A DNA stretch of 64,000 nucleotides from an uncultured delta proteobacterium. Its GTDB lineage: Bacteria > Desulfobacterota > Desulfomonilia > UBA1062. Shown here in pieces: positions 10,159-23,700 of this stretch (position 1 is its first letter; every line of letters begins with the position of its first letter). The stretch spans positions 1 to 64,000 of the forward strand of contig CAVVYZ010000022.1 in NCBI GenBank assembly GCA_963752595.1, given 5' to 3'. A model generated the notes under the pieces. The model searched no databases and was not told where the DNA came from. It was given only the letters and a program-made list of their open reading frames with translations. The translations under genes were made by a program, and so were the position numbers.

Positions 10159-11373
10159 TTAGTCGCAGAGCTCGAACAGTGCTGCAGCGCCCATACCGCC
10201 GCCGATGCACATGGACTCGACGCCGTACTTCTTGCCGCGAGCCTTCATCTCGGTCATGAGCTGGGAGCAGAGCTTCGCGCCGGTGCATCCGAGCGGATGG
10301 CCCAGAGCGATGGCGCCGCCGTTGACGTTGATGATTCTCTCGTCGCTGTCGTAAGAGCAGTACTTCTTGTCGTCGAGACCGATCTGCTGCATCGAGTAGA
10401 TGGCCTGGGAAGCGAAAGCCTCGTTGAGCTCGAAGAGGGCGTCGTTTCGATGTCACTGCCGTTCGAGGCCGGCGATCTTGAGGACCTTCGGTATTGCATA
10501 AGCGGGACCTACGCCCATTTCGTCTGCGCGGCAGCCGGCAACGGCGTATGCCCTGAACTTGGCGATGGGCTTCACGCCGTACTTTTTCACTGCTTCGTCG
10601 CTCATGATAAGAGCGCGGCAGCGCCGTCGGTGGTCTGCGAGGAGTTACCGGCGGTAACCGAGCCCATGGCTGCGAATGCCGGGCTTCAGCTTCGTGAGGC
10701 CTTCCATGGTGGTTTCCCTTACGCCGTCGTCGAAAGTCCTGGATGAATGCTTCTTTGACCATCATGCCGTCCTTCTCTTTGAAGCGGTATGCAGTCGTGG
10801 GAACGATCTCCTTGAAGCTTGCCGGCCTTCTGCGCTTTGGCGGCCTTCATCTTGGAATGATAGGCGAACTCGTCCTGCATCTCGCGGGTGATGTTGTAGC
10901 GGTTGGCCACGTTCTCGGCCGTGATACCCATGGACATGTAGACATCCGGGGTCTCCATCGCCCACTCCGGGTGGGGCCTGGGCATGTTGCCGCCCATGGG
11001 AACGATGGACATGGACTCGAGCCTGCGCCGATGGCGACATCGCACCATCCCTGCCATGATCCTCATGGCCTGGAGCGCGATGGCTTCGAGACCCGAGGCG
11101 CAGAACCTGTTGACGGTGGCGCCGCAGGTGTCATCCGGGAACTTGGCGATCTGGGCGACGATGCGGCCGATGTTCAGTCCCTGCTCGGCTTCGGGGAAGG
11201 CGCAGCCGACCAAGATGTCTTCGACGTCTTCCTTCTCAACGCCGGGCGCCTTTCCATAAGCCCATTAAGAGCTGATTTCAATAAGGTCTTCAGGCCTTGT
11301 TTGTGCAAAGGCGCCCTTGCCCCTTCTGCAACCGGGGGTCCTTGCTGCTTGTAACTATATATGCTTCTCTCAT
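10159..11373 (-). CDS. fadA: Acetyl-CoA C-acyltransferase (thiolase), multiple frameshifts
   Basis: MREAYIV..., [43 protein letters not shown] and CIGGGMG are spread over several frames. Confidence 0.9.
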
Positions 11374-11405
11374 AGTTTTCCTCCTGTATAAGTTCTCTTA
11401 GTTCA

Positions 11406-13819
11406 TTACAGCATCAGCGGCTTGCCGGTATTCATGATGTTCTCGGCCATCTTCTGGGTGTTTTCGGTCTTCCACAGGTCGACGAATGCTTCGCGCTCGA
11501 GCGTCATGAGGTACTCTTCGCTACCGCGGTACCGGAATGGAACATCGCCGCCCGACATGCAGAATGCGATCTTCTTGGCGATGGTTTCCATATGAGGAGT
11601 GATGTATCCACCGCTCTTCATGTTGAGCATCTCGGCCCAGACCATGCCGAGCGCTTCGCGGCCGATGACGGGGATCTTCTTCTTTCTCGGCGGTGCATAG
11701 CCGTCGTCGAGCATCTTGAGGACTTCTTTCTTTGCTTCGCCGATGAGATAGTCCCTGTTGAAGACGATCCGGTCCTGTGGCCCGAGGAAGCCGTTCGTGC
11801 GCGCGCTTCCGCGGCCGAATGGAAACCTTGGCCTGTGCAACGCTCATGAAGGCCGGGACGAAGAATCCGCCGAGGTCGGTGATCTTCGCGGACCGGGCTT
11901 TGAATCCATGAAATTTCTCCAGAGGTTGATCATACCGCAGCCGCCGGGAACGAGGCCGGCGCCGATTTCAACCAGACCCATGAACAGGTCGGCATGGGCG
12001 ACGATCCTGTCGGCGGCAAGGCAGACTTCGCAGCCGCCGCCCAGGGTCATGCCGTAAGGTGCGGCGACGACCGGGGAAGGGTGCGTAGCGGGTGCCCATG
12101 ATGCCCTTGTGGACTTCTTTGATGAAATCGTCGATCTCGTTGAACTTGCCGGCTTTGGCAAGGCCGAGCATGTAGGCGAGGTCGCCGCCGGCCGAGAACG
12201 CGCCGGGCATTCCGCCGGCCTGGTTGCCGATGACCATGCCGACGCCGTTGTCGTCGACATATTCGCCGGCCTGCTGCCATGAAATCGACCATCGCTTTGT
12301 TGATGGCGTTCATCTTGGAATGGAACTCGAGGCAGAACACGCCGTCGCCGATGTCGATGAGCGAGCAGGAAGGCGTGGTCATTGACGACCTTCTTCTCTG
12401 CCTTGAAGCGTCCAGAGACGAGTGCACGTTGGCGCTGATGCTTAACCGGCTTGTACGCTGCTGGACGCAAGTCGAAGAAGACTTCTTGCCCTTCTCGATC
12501 TTGTAGAAGGATGGTTGCGCCGGTGGCAAGCATCTTCTTGATGTTCTCAGGAACTTTCAGCCCGTCTTTTTCCATCTTCGCGACGGACTCTTTCACTCCG
12601 ATGGCGTCCCAGGACTCGAATGGGCCCATTCGCGAAGTTGTAGCCCCACTTCATGGCGTTGTCGATCTCGACGATGGTGTCGGAGATCTCGGGGATCCGG
12701 TTGGCTGCATAGATGAGACCGCCTGCCACGACCTTCCATGCGAACTTGGCGCCTTTGTCGTCGCCGTAAAGAATGGCCTTCAGCTTCTCGGCCAGGGTCG
12801 GCCGCTTTCTTGGCTGCTGCGAGGCACGGGAAGCTTCCTTGCCGTATTCCACGTATTCGCCGGTCTTGGGGTCGATGACTTTCCTGATTTTCTTCCATCG
12901 GGGGTCATGTCCTGTCTTGTAGAAGCCTGCCTTGGTCTTGTTGCCCAAAAGCTTCTTGTCGATCATGTCCTTGACGAACTGCGGGGACCTTGAACACATC
13001 GCGCTCTTCGTCATTAGGCACAAGTCGTAGGTATTCTCGGCAACGTGGGTCATAGTGTCGAGACCGACCAGGTCGGCAGGTGTTGAAAATAGCGGTCTTG
13101 GGCCGGCCCATGGGCGGTCCGAACAGCGCGTCGACTTCAGGGATGGTGAGACCTGCCTCTGAAGCATGGTCTGGATGGCTTGCCGATGCCGTGGATACCG
13201 ATCCGGTTGCCGATAAAGTTGGGTGTGTCCTTGGCCCATACGATGCCTTTTCCAAGCACTCTCTCGCCGAATTCGGCTATGAAATTGCATGATTTCCGGC
13301 TTGGTTTCTCGCCGGGGATGATCTCAAGAAGCTTCATGTAGCGGACCGGGTTGAAGAAGTGCGTGCCAAGGAAGTTCTCTTTGAAGCCCTTGCTCAGGCC
13401 CTCTGACATTGCCTTCAGGGGGATACCGGAGGTGTTGGAGAGACGATGGTGCGGGTCTTGCGGACCTTGTCGATGCGTTCGAACAGTTGCTGTTTGATCT
13501 TGAGGTTCTCAACAACAACCTCGATGATCCAGTCGCATCTTTAAGCTTGTCGAAATCGTCTTCCAGGTTACCGATCTGAAATGCGGGCTAAATCTGCCTT
13601 TGTCGAAGAAAAGCGGGGTTTCGCCTTCTTTGCACCTTCAAGACCGGCGTTGACGATCCTGTTACTGGCTTCGGGATCTTTCTTTTCTTCTTCTTTCAGG
13701 TCGAACGGTACGATGTCCAGTAGCAGTACGTCTACGCCGGCACTGGCGAGAAGAGCGGCGATTCCGCCACCCATGATGCCGGAGCCGATTACAGCTGCTT
13801 TTTTGATTCTTCTGACCAT
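11406..13819 (-). CDS. 3-hydroxyacyl-CoA dehydrogenase/enoyl-CoA hydratase (FadN-like), many frameshifts
   Basis: [11 protein letters not shown] motif, [52 protein letters not shown] and LEREAF. Confidence 0.9.
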
Positions 13820-14335
13820 AAATACCTCCTCCGTATGTGGTTATTTAAGTTAACTTTTTTTGTTTTATGAATCGCCATTCAGTTTACCAGTTTGATTTGC
13901 GTTAGTCAATAAAGGTAATGAATAATCTGCAGGAAAAAGGAATCAAGTTAATAATTAATAAATATCATATAAAAAATCACAGTAAACTTTTTCATGAATC
14001 TTCATATTTTTATCAACGCATTGTGAAATATGTCTTTCGAATCAGGCATATCACTCCTCGGATAAGATGCAAGAAATGACTGGCCGCTCAATCATGCATG
14101 CCGGTGAAGGATCGGATGACAATGATCCGGAATCATGAGGCTTCTCTCCCTACTGCATCAATTCATTCCAAAGGTTGCAGGGATAAAAGCTTTCAGGTAT
14201 TGCGGTGAAATACAAAAGGGACGGTAAATATTTTTTTATTGCATATGGATACTGGAAGAAGAAATCGGCATGGAAAAGAATGACGGCTCATTGAGTATCA
14301 GCCGCAGCTGTACTCGACAGGAAGGCGGCAAGGAA

Positions 14336-15225
14336 ATGCCGGGCTGCCGGAGGAGTATGAGCTTATCGACAGCGGTGACGGCCGCAAGTACGAGCGCTTC
14401 GGCAGGATACCGGCTTGTCCGTCCATGCGCCCAGGCCATCTGGAGGCCCGGAAAGGACCCTTCCCAATGGTCGGAGGCAGATGCATCCTTCGACCGGCTC
14501 GAAGGCAACCGCTGGAGTCTGGAAACAAAGATCCCGAGCAGTGGATAATCACGGTTTCGGGAATCCGGTTCAGACTCTCCACCACGGACTTCGGCCATCT
14601 CGGTATCTTTCCCGAGCAGAGAGAGCTCTGGACTTGGATCACCGTCCATGGTTGAGAAGGCAAAAAGAAAATCGACCGTGGGGTGGTTCAGTGCTCAATC
14701 TCTTCGCGTATTCAGGGGGAAGCACACTGGCCGCTGCCAGAAGCAGGCGCGCAGGTATGGCATGTAGATGCCTCAAAGGCATGGTGAAATGGGCTCGTGA
14801 GAATGCAGGGCTGAACGGCCTCGGAACGGCACCAATCCACTGGATCGTCGAGGATGTGAATCGTTTTCTGGACAGGGAGATCAGGCGCGGCAAGAAATAC
14901 GATGCCATAATCCTCGACCCGCCCACCTTCGGTCATGGACGGCGCAAGGAAATTTACAAGATCGACGAGGAGCTTTCTTCGACCATGGAGAAATGCTGGA
15001 TGCTCATGTCGGATACCCCTGTCTTCATCCTGCTTTCATCACATACCCCCTACTGCACGCCCGTTGCGCTGGCAAATATCCTCCGGTAGCTTTACCAAGG
15101 AGTACCCTGATTCCTGCATAGAACATGGGGAGATGCTGTTGACCGGATTGAAGGATGTGCTGCCCGTGCCCAATGGAACCTTCGCACGATGGTTCCCCCG
15201 ATCGTATTCCGAAGAGAAGCCGTAA
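14336..15225 (+). CDS. Class I SAM-dependent (rRNA) methyltransferase, frameshifted
   Basis: [36 protein letters not shown] and IILDPPTFG. Start approximate. Confidence 0.85.
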
Positions 15226-15228
15226 CAT

Positions 15229-15903
15229 ATGCCCGTCGGATCCCCTGAAGTCGATGTCATCTATGAAGACAACCATCTTATCGGCGTCAACAAGCCTGCA
15301 GGGATCATGACACAGCCCAGCGGCACGTTTGCTGATAATCTCGAAGACCGCACAAAAGAATATATAAAAAGAACCAGGAGCAAAAAGGGGCGCGTCTTCC
15401 TCCACGCTGTGCACCGGCTGGATAAGGTTGCCAGCGGCATCGTCGTGTTTGCATCTACGGATAAAGCCTTGAGCAGGATGAACGAACTGATGCGGGGGCA
15501 CCGCATTACCAGGATTTACCACGCTGTAATCACAGGAGAGCTTCCTGAAAAGCAGGGCACCCTGGTGCACTTCCTCAGGCATTCCCACATGCAGTCGCTG
15601 TCCGTTTCGGAAAATGATCCCGGGGCGAGAAAGGCGAAGCTCGAATACAGGATTCTCGGCCGAACAGGCAAGCTCATTCTGGTGGAGATTGCCCTTGAAA
15701 CCGGACGCTACCACCAGATCAGGGTACAGCTTTCCGCCTCGGGATGCCCCATACTCGGGGATATGCTCTACGGAAGCCTTGAGCAGCATCAAGACAATGG
15801 GATCGCTTTACATCACAGGAGGATGGAATTCGTGCACCCCGTCAGCAACCTCGCGGTGACGATCGAGGCGGAATATCCTCCTTTGTGGCCTTTGCGCTTC
15901 TGA
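15229..15903 (+). CDS. RluA-family RNA pseudouridine synthase
   Basis: VNKPAG, HRLD, TGRYHQIRVQ, PILGD..YG. Confidence 0.95.
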   Translation: MPVGSPEVDVIYEDNHLIGVNKPAGIMTQPSGTFADNLEDRTKEYIKRTRSKKGRVFLHAVHRLDKVASGIVVFASTDKALSRMNELMRGHRITRIYHAVITGELPEKQGTLVHFLRHSHMQSLSVSENDPGARKAKLEYRILGRTGKLILVEIALETGRYHQIRVQLSASGCPILGDMLYGSLEQHQDNGIALHHRRMEFVHPVSNLAVTIEAEYPPLWPLRF

Positions 15904-16137
15904 TTCAATCGCAGGGCATCCGAACCACCGATTCTGTAAAGTCTTCGTTTCGAAATACCGCTTTCATAAAGCGATCAAATGAGGGCCTTATATCGCCATG
16001 AAAGATATTGTTTTATTTGATATTTATCATTACATTGACGATACGGGAAATATGCAGATATGGAGCATATATCCATACATATCGGGGCATTCAGCAATGG
16101 CATGGGAAAGATGCAAAGGGCTTCTTAAGGGATCTTT

Positions 16138-17082
16138 GTGATGATTTATAAAGAAATCCCTTTCCCCGTCGTCTGTGCAAATCAGCGATGCAGCCTTGAT
16201 CTCTACGTGAAGATCAAAGATGAGTACCGCTTGTTTGCTGCAAAAGGCGCGATATTTACCGAAGAGCATTGCCGCCTTTTCAGCAAGGCAAATTTAAAGC
16301 TCTTTTTCATGGCAAAGGATCTCGCTGCAGCCGAAGCATACCTGGATACCCATCTTGCGGACGTACTGACCGACCCGCAGTGTGGATCCGCAGGTGAAGG
16401 TGGACATTGTGTATGCAACCTCCATGAATTCCATCCGCGAGGTATTCACCGGAACGAATTTAAGGACCATTGCGGAACTGGAAAAGATGTCCAAAACCAT
16501 CGTTACACTCATTCTTTCGGACAGCCGGGTCATGGATGACCTGATCAATATCACGAGCTACGACCATTACACATACAAGCACTCGGTGAAAGTAGGCATC
16601 TACGGCACTGCCCTGTCGATCAACCTGTTTCAGGACAAGATCAAGGACCACAACATGGCAGAGCTGAGCACGGCATTCTTTCTCCATGACATCGGCATGG
16701 CCAAGGTGCCGGCTAAGATCCTGGATAAGAAAGGTCCTCTGACCGGCAACGAGTGGGATATCATAAGAAAACACCCGCTCTGGGGCCACGACCGGCTCAT
16801 GAAGGCAAACTACTTGAGCGATGAGGCGACATCGATAGTGCTGTACCACCATGAAAGATGCGACAGGAACGGATATCCCTTCAAAAAATCGGGGAAGAAA
16901 TCCCTCTTTACGCAAAGATATGCGCGATCGCAGATACCTTTGAATCACTGACGTCGGGAAGGCCTTTCCGGGAATCGAAAACCCCCTTCGAGGCTCTCAA
17001 GATCATGCAGGTAGAGATGGCGCGTGAATTCGATGCCGATCTCTTCAGGGCTTTCATCAAGCTGCTCGGGCCGGGAAAATAA
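16138..17082 (+). CDS. HD-GYP domain protein (putative c-di-GMP phosphodiesterase), two frameshifts
   Basis: YTYKHS, LHDIG, HP..G, HHERCDRNGYP and IADTFESLTSGRP. Confidence 0.88.
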
Positions 17083-17103
17083 GTGCCGCTCCCGTTTTAA
17101 CGA

Positions 17104-18517
17104 TCAGCAGGCGGCACCGGCTGCTGCAAGCAGTTTGGCCGGGACCGGAAGGGGATAGTGTCCGAGTTTTAACCGCTTCAGATACTCTCGGTTCTCCTTC
17201 ACCCATTTTTTCATGAGATAGTGTCCTCCGGCACGGTACTTGACCCGCCATGCCCTACCCTTGCAGTATGCACCGAACACGCGGCCGATGCTGTAGAAAC
17301 GCTGCATCTGCCGTACGATCTCCATCTGCATATCATAGGCAGAGAATTTCCTGGGGTGGACAACCACGTGCATGCCGTCAAAATATTTCCAGTTCCTGTG
17401 CAGCAGCCTATCCTGATGATCGTGGTAGGATTTTGTTCCCGGAAACGGAGTCAGAGAGCAGATCTGGATGGTATCGATATCGGTTTCGACGGCATAATCA
17501 ACGATTTTCTGCACGGTCTCAGGGGTGTCATCCAGGTCCACGACGAACATGCCGTGGATACCGATGCCGTAGCGGTGAAGGTTTTCTATGCAGCGGGTAG
17601 TCGCATCCATCCGGTGCGCCTTGCCGTATCGCTTCAGGGTTTCGGGATCTACGGATTCAACGCCGACATATACGATCCTGCAGCGGGTTTCCTGCATCAG
17701 CCCGAGGAGTTCATCATCAGAGGCTGCCTTTACCGGCATCTCTCCCGACCAGCGAAGCGGGACCGCATTTTGGGAGATCATATCCCGCAATAATGACTTG
17801 GTGCGTTTCGGGTTGGCAAAGAAGTTATCATCGCCGAAGCAGACGCTCCGATTGAGGATCGGCCGGAGCTCCCGTATCACCTGGTCGTTGTCCTTGAACC
17901 GGTACTTTCTCCCGAAAACGGCGGTAACCGAACAGAAGGTACAGTCATGTGGGCATCCGCGAGAAGTCGTTATGATGGGAGGGATCCGGCCGGACTTGAT
18001 CTGAGGGCACAGGGAATAATCCGGTGACGGCAACGCCTTGAAATCGGCACCCTGCGCCTTGTCGGTTAAATGGATCATGCCGTCTGCGAGCCGGTATGCC
18101 AGGCCCTGGATACCGTCCGGCGACTCCTTGTTTTCTATGGCCGCGATCAGGGCAGGAAAAGGGGATCTCGCCCTCGCCCATAACCACGTAATCGCAATGC
18201 TCGAGGGCTTCCTCAGGCATGAAAGTAACGTGCGGACCGCCCATGACCACGAAAGGACCGCTCCCTTTCAGGGAGTCGGCCATGCGATATGCAGCCTGAA
18301 TCGTGCCGGTAATGGACCCTATCCCTACGATATCATATTCACGAAGCTTATCTACCGGTATCGGAGAGTGGGATTCGAACCAGATGTCACACTCATACCC
18401 GAGGTTCTTCAGTACGGCTCCCAAGGTAGGTATGCCCGTACGGGGAAGATATGTTCTGCTGAATACATGCGTAGAGGCTTCAGATGATTCGATAAGTGCT
18501 ATTCTCAGATGACTCAT
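17104..18517 (-). CDS. B12-binding radical SAM protein, frameshift near 18150
   Basis: GGPHVT/GEGE cobalamin-binding region, SRGCPHDCTFC (CxxxCxxC), DDNF, GVES and TPFPGT. Confidence 0.9.
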
Positions 18518-18612
18518 GGTTGCCCCTTTCGTGAAAAACCAATCGATTACTTATGCCATATCTTGATATGGCTAAAAGGAGCAACCGTTTTGCATTTCTT
18601 TTTCTTTTTGGC

Positions 18613-19954
18613 TTAGAGAGACGACTGTACGTCTTCGATCTTCAACCGGACATTGTCCTGTATCCAGTGCGCGTCCCACCATTCGATGGGGTTGACGAAT
18701 ACACCGTTTACCAGCATGCTGAAGTGCAGGTGATCTCCGCCGGCCCAGCCGGTTGCGCCTGAATTTGCAATCACCTGGCCCTTGCTGAACCTGCTGCCCT
18801 TCAGTGACCTGTATCGAGCTCAAATGACCGTAAAGGCTCGTTATTCCCTGTCCGTGATCGATGATGACCGCATTGCCGTAGATCCCCATGCGGCCCATAA
18901 AAAGTATGGTACCGCTGTTGAATGCCTCAATGGGAGCATGCTCGGTCGATGCCACATCGATGCCCATGTGGGTGCTGTCGCCCACGACCTTTCCATCGAG
19001 CTCGTACGTTCTCTTGTCGCCGAAAAGGGCCTTTGTGGCGCCGTTTCTCATCATGAGGAACTCATCCTGCCAGAGCTGTTTTGCCGTTGTTTTGAGGCAT
19101 ATCGACTGGATGGCTTTTTCATTTTGCTTGCGTATGGTCACATTGATCAGGGTAAAGGCCTCTTCAGCCTGCTTTCCTTCAAGGTCCGGGTAGTCCTGCA
19201 TGAATTCGGTCATCTTTTTCGTTATGAAATTAGCACTCACGCTCAGCTTGTCTGCCCGGAATGTATGCGCCGGCCTTATATAAAAGGATATGGGGATGAC
19301 CGACTGATTTCCCGCCTTGTCACCGGCGACGACGTTCATGATGGTCGCACTGCTCACATCAATGGGCACGGCAAAGTAGCAGACATAGTAGGTCTTGCCC
19401 TTGGCTGTCGTCTCCGGATACCCGGGGAAGAACATGTCCCCGCAGACCACGCCGCTTTTCAGAACCGGCTTCGACACGGTGTACGCAGCGAAGCAGGTGC
19501 CGCCGGGATTTACATTATGCGCCATGGTGAGGAGCGATGTATTCAAGGGTACCGTGTCGATGGTTACATTCCTCTGAATTACTATGGTATTTCTGAGCGG
19601 CGAATGGTCTGTTGCCTTCACCTGGAACACGGCCGGGCCATTAGCCATTTTGAGCTTCCGGGGGCTCACCGAAACGGTTATGTCTTTTTCAAACACGCCT
19701 TCTTCAGGGATATCAAAGGCGGCAACATCGTATGTATGGTCTTTCTGTGTAAGGGTAACCGTTATTCTGCTGATGCCGCTGCGGGCATCTCCTACCTTGA
19801 TACTGACATTTTTTTTCTGGCCGATCATATCAAATGCTTCTTCGATCTTGACCTGAGGTTTTTCCCATTCCAGAAAGTGGTAGACAAGAGCCGACACTGC
19901 CACAATCAGAAACAATCCAACCACAAGCGAAACCGACATGCCTGCATTTTTCAT
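18613..19954 (-). CDS. M23 family metallopeptidase with N-terminal membrane anchor, frameshift near 18790
   Basis: HMGID, YGNAVIIDHG and YGHLS. The shifted frame gives GATGWAGGDHLHF...NPIEW and ends at TAA 18615-18613. Confidence 0.9.
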
Positions 19955-20136
19955 GAATTCCTCCCGACTATCATGTGTTCCCTCCGGGTTGTTTGCTGTC
20001 CCTTTGCGTACTAGATCGCCAGGGATTATTCAATGGGTTTTTACCGGGGAAGATGACAGAGGAGGGGAATTATAAGGGATTCCACCTCAAAAGACGTTTG
20101 GATAATACGAGAGAGTATGGGGCTTCTTGAGCGTTA

Positions 20137-20532
20137 TCAGACCGATTGAGCGCAGATAGCCCTGCTGCAGAGGTATCTCCAGTTGATGATATCGGAAATC
20201 CTGGTAATGATGACTGCCATGAGCATGGTCTGCGGATCGACCCTTACTACCTTGCCCCAGACCGTAATGTCGAAATCTTTGAAAAGCACCTCAATCTCTT
20301 TTCCCACAAGCAGGTATGCCCGTGCCGGGCTGAAGCTTTTTTCGGTTATATCATGGGAGTTCAGGATCTTTGCACTGAACCCGCCGAGGCTGATGTCTAT
20401 AGTTTCCACCATGCCCCTGACGCGGCTTTCCATATGCGACCAATTGCCGGTATGCTCCAGAGATATCTCGACCTCGGCAGGCATCTGAACAGGGATTCGC
20501 TGAAACGATCTTTTTTCTACGTGATGTCTCAT
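20137..20532 (-). CDS. PilZ domain protein
   Basis: RxxxR (RSFQR) and DxSxxG (DISLGG) motifs. Confidence 0.8.
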   Translation of the reverse strand: MRHHVEKRSFQRIPVQMPAEVEISLEHTGNWSHMESRVRGMVETIDISLGGFSAKILNSHDITEKSFSPARAYLLVGKEIEVLFKDFDITVWGKVVRVDPQTMLMAVIITRISDIINWRYLCSRAICAQSV

Positions 20533-20744
20533 AATACCCTCTGCCCTCTCACCATCGGTCGGCTTGAACGCCGTTTACGTTTGTCTGCCCGCCAAACCCA
20601 TGCCTGCCATGCTTCCCCTCGCGACCGGATGCAGCTTAAAACCATCAAATTTCTCATCGACGGATTATGGAATTTGATAAGTCGGGAAATGGGGCAACTA
20701 TGCAGGTAATCGGGAGATTTGATAAAAATTGAATCAATAACGAG

Positions 20745-20775
20745 CTTGAGAGGGGAAGACCGTTCCCCTCTCAAG
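20745..20775. repeat. Perfect 13-bp inverted repeat (REP-like or terminator)
   Basis: CTTGAGAGGGGAA-gaccg-TTCCCCTCTCAAG, just downstream of the DUF3857 gene. Confidence 0.75.
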
Positions 20776-20792
20776 GGTGTATGGAACGTCGT

Positions 20793-23700
20793 TTACTTCT
20801 TCATGCGAAGCAGAAGAATATTGGTCTTCGGATGGGACAGGATACGCTGGTTATCCAGGAGCTCGGGGTAGTCCGAGGCCGGCACGATAACGGGATTGAT
20901 ATCGATATCCTGGCGGATGCGAATGATCTTCTTTTTCTGTCCGTTCTTCCCTTCGAGAACGGATGTCTTCAGGCTGATGCCCCCTTTCTTCCCCAGACTT
21001 AACTTGAGCCCGTTGGGAGGCAGTATTTCGCAGTCCTGGATGCCGTCGGGAAGGGTCACTTCCACGGTTATCCGTGCGTTTCTCGAGTTGGTCTGGTAAA
21101 GGGCATTCCTTCTCTCGTCACTGGTAACGCCCTCGAGGATGTTCACGAGGCCGGGCACTTTCATATACAGATAGCCGTCCTGACGGACCGCGTAGGAGTC
21201 CACCTGCACGGCCAGCTCTTCGTATCCGGGATACTGGTCGTAGCGCGTAACATAATCGCCTGCAGACCTGGCGGCATGGCTGATGGTAGAGATAAGCTGC
21301 TCGTGGTGCCGCTTGCGTTCCTCAGGCGGCATCTCGGAAAATTCCTTATGGAAGGAGCCGAAGCTGTTTCCATGATAAGTGCGCTTCTCCTTCATCACGA
21401 TCGTGCCGTCATCCGAAAGCCCGATGGTGATGTCCGTATCGCTGCGGTCTTCAAACTCCTTTGAAAAAGGCTCGATGGTTTCGAACTTTCCGGTCTTCAG
21501 TACCAGACCCGGGTGGTCTGCATTATTCGTCGACCCCAGCGCTGCATACTGGTCGGTATCATTGAGGTAGATGTATCCGCCGCTCTCTTTTATCCGGACG
21601 AGCACGCCGTTGAACCAGTGAGGCGCCGGGTACTCGAACATGGGCTTCTGGAGTTCTTCAACCTCGGAAACCCAGGATGCGAGCACAAACTCGGGATAGA
21701 ATCCGGCGGCCGTGAGCATGGCATGGAGGACAACAGCCCTGTCTGCCGAATCGCCGTATCCGTCTGCAAAGACCTTGTCCGCAGATGTAATGTGGTCCAG
21801 AGGCAGCTCATGCCAGGATGCGGGGATTTCCTTGATACTCATGGCCACGAAGTCCCGGATCATCCTGATCCTCTCAGACCTGGTCTTTGCGTTTTTCAGG
21901 AGCTTCTCCGCAGTTTGTTTCGTCTTTTCACTCGAAGAAGCTGCCTCCATGAGATGGTTCTGTACTTCTTTGGAATACTCCTTCCAGTCTCCCGAAGATG
22001 CGAACATAAAAGGAGTGAAGCTGTACCAGGGAGGAAGGTAGTCTTCCTGCCGTACCGGCGGGACCTTCTCGGCGCTGAACTCATAGACATGCCGCTTTCC
22101 TTCCGGATAGACGTGTACGCGAATGCCTTCCTTCTCCGCCTTTTCTCCGGATGGAGACAGCTTAAGCTGCATATCCTCAGGCGCATGGATACGCACGATT
22201 TTTTTCTCGATCGGCTCGGGATAACTGAACACTCCGTCCATGGTAACCAGGGACTGGTCCTCGCGGGTATGGCTCTGGACCCTCTTGTTGTCCGTGATAC
22301 ACGATTCGCCGTGCAGCGAGAAGAAGGACCGCCCGGTCTTTTTCCTCACCACGGTGTACTCGATGGTGCTTCCCTCCTCAACGTTGGGAAGGCTCACGAC
22401 CATGATCTTCGATGCCGGGTACCGGTGAGCATCGGCAGCCCAGTCCACATCCATGGTATTGATTTCCTTTTCGTTGATGTGGGTGCTTGCTCCGGAGGAA
22501 GAGGTTACTACCGCATTTTTGAGCTCGACCTTCTCCCAGCTCGGATTATAGGCGATGCGGATGTCGCTGTAGTTCTTCTTCCCTGCATAGGTGAGCACCT
22601 TCATCTTCAGGCGCTTGGTCTCTGTCCAGCTCGTCCGGTTTTCAATGTCGTACTCGTGGACCTCATCCAGCACTACGGCATCGGGCTGGTAGCGGGAATA
22701 CCATTCTTTGCCGGCAACCGCAGGGGCTGCCGACGATACTGAGAAGATAGGCATCTTTTTATTGTCGGCCTCGATCTTCTTCAAGGTTTCCTGCAGCTCC
22801 ATGTATTCCTGTATCGAGTACTCCGGGACTTTCATCTTGAAGGTCTGATCGGTCAGCAGCGTTCTGTTCCTCACCGAGATAGAAGTCTTCCAGACAGAGC
22901 CATAGTTCTCGACCGGCTCATACCCGGGGATGCTCACCGGCTTGCCCACGGCTTCGCCCAGATCGAGCCTGAAAGACTCGTGGGTGCCGCATGCCACGTC
23001 GGTTACGTAGGGATATTTGCGCTTCTTCAATCCCATCTTTCCAATCAGGATATTGGACATGCCGATATTCTTCCCGAAGTGAAGCATGGGCAGCATGAGA
23101 GTGTCTTTCCCGGGAATGCACCATCCCGAAACCTTGAACACGATACGGGCCTCGATCTTCTGCGATGTATCCATCATGTTGTTGGGCAGGAGATCGAAAG
23201 AGGTTACGATGCCGCCGGGGGCCGTCCTCATGACGATCTTTTCGAAATACTGCTTTCTCTCTTCCGGCGCAAGCTGCGAGAAGAATCTGCGATACGCATT
23301 ATCGTTGATCCCCTCGAAGAGGATCAGGGTGGTAGCCTGGAGGTTGCCGTCCTTATCCAGGGCCCCGGCCGTCTCTGATGTCGACCATGTTCTGCTCCGC
23401 CGGGATGATCGGGCTTGTGTGAAGCGTCTCACCCTTCTGCGATGCAACGACATAGCTCTGGTCGTTCAGGTAGGCGGGACACAGCTCCTTTGTGTTCTCA
23501 TCCGTCGCATCCATGAGGAGATAGGTGCCGTCGGGGTTCCGCACGCACGAGATCGCATGGTTGAAGAACGGCTGGGGAACTTCCGCATCTTTTTTCGGAC
23601 CGTTCATGATGAGCACGGGGTATGATTCGAACCCGGCAATCCTGAGCATGGCAACCAGGAGCGCTGCCTTGTCCCTGCAGATTCCGGCCTTGCGTTCGAA

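Noticed and set aside
20533-20640. c-di-GMP riboswitch upstream of the PilZ gene
   Set aside because: No GEMM consensus (GGCAAAC...GAAA...GACGCAAA) was found.
18782-22742. Long opposite-strand ORFs (e.g. 18782-20014, 21513-22742 and many others in the track)
   Set aside because: They are antisense shadows of well-supported genes in GC-rich DNA and show no recognisable motifs.
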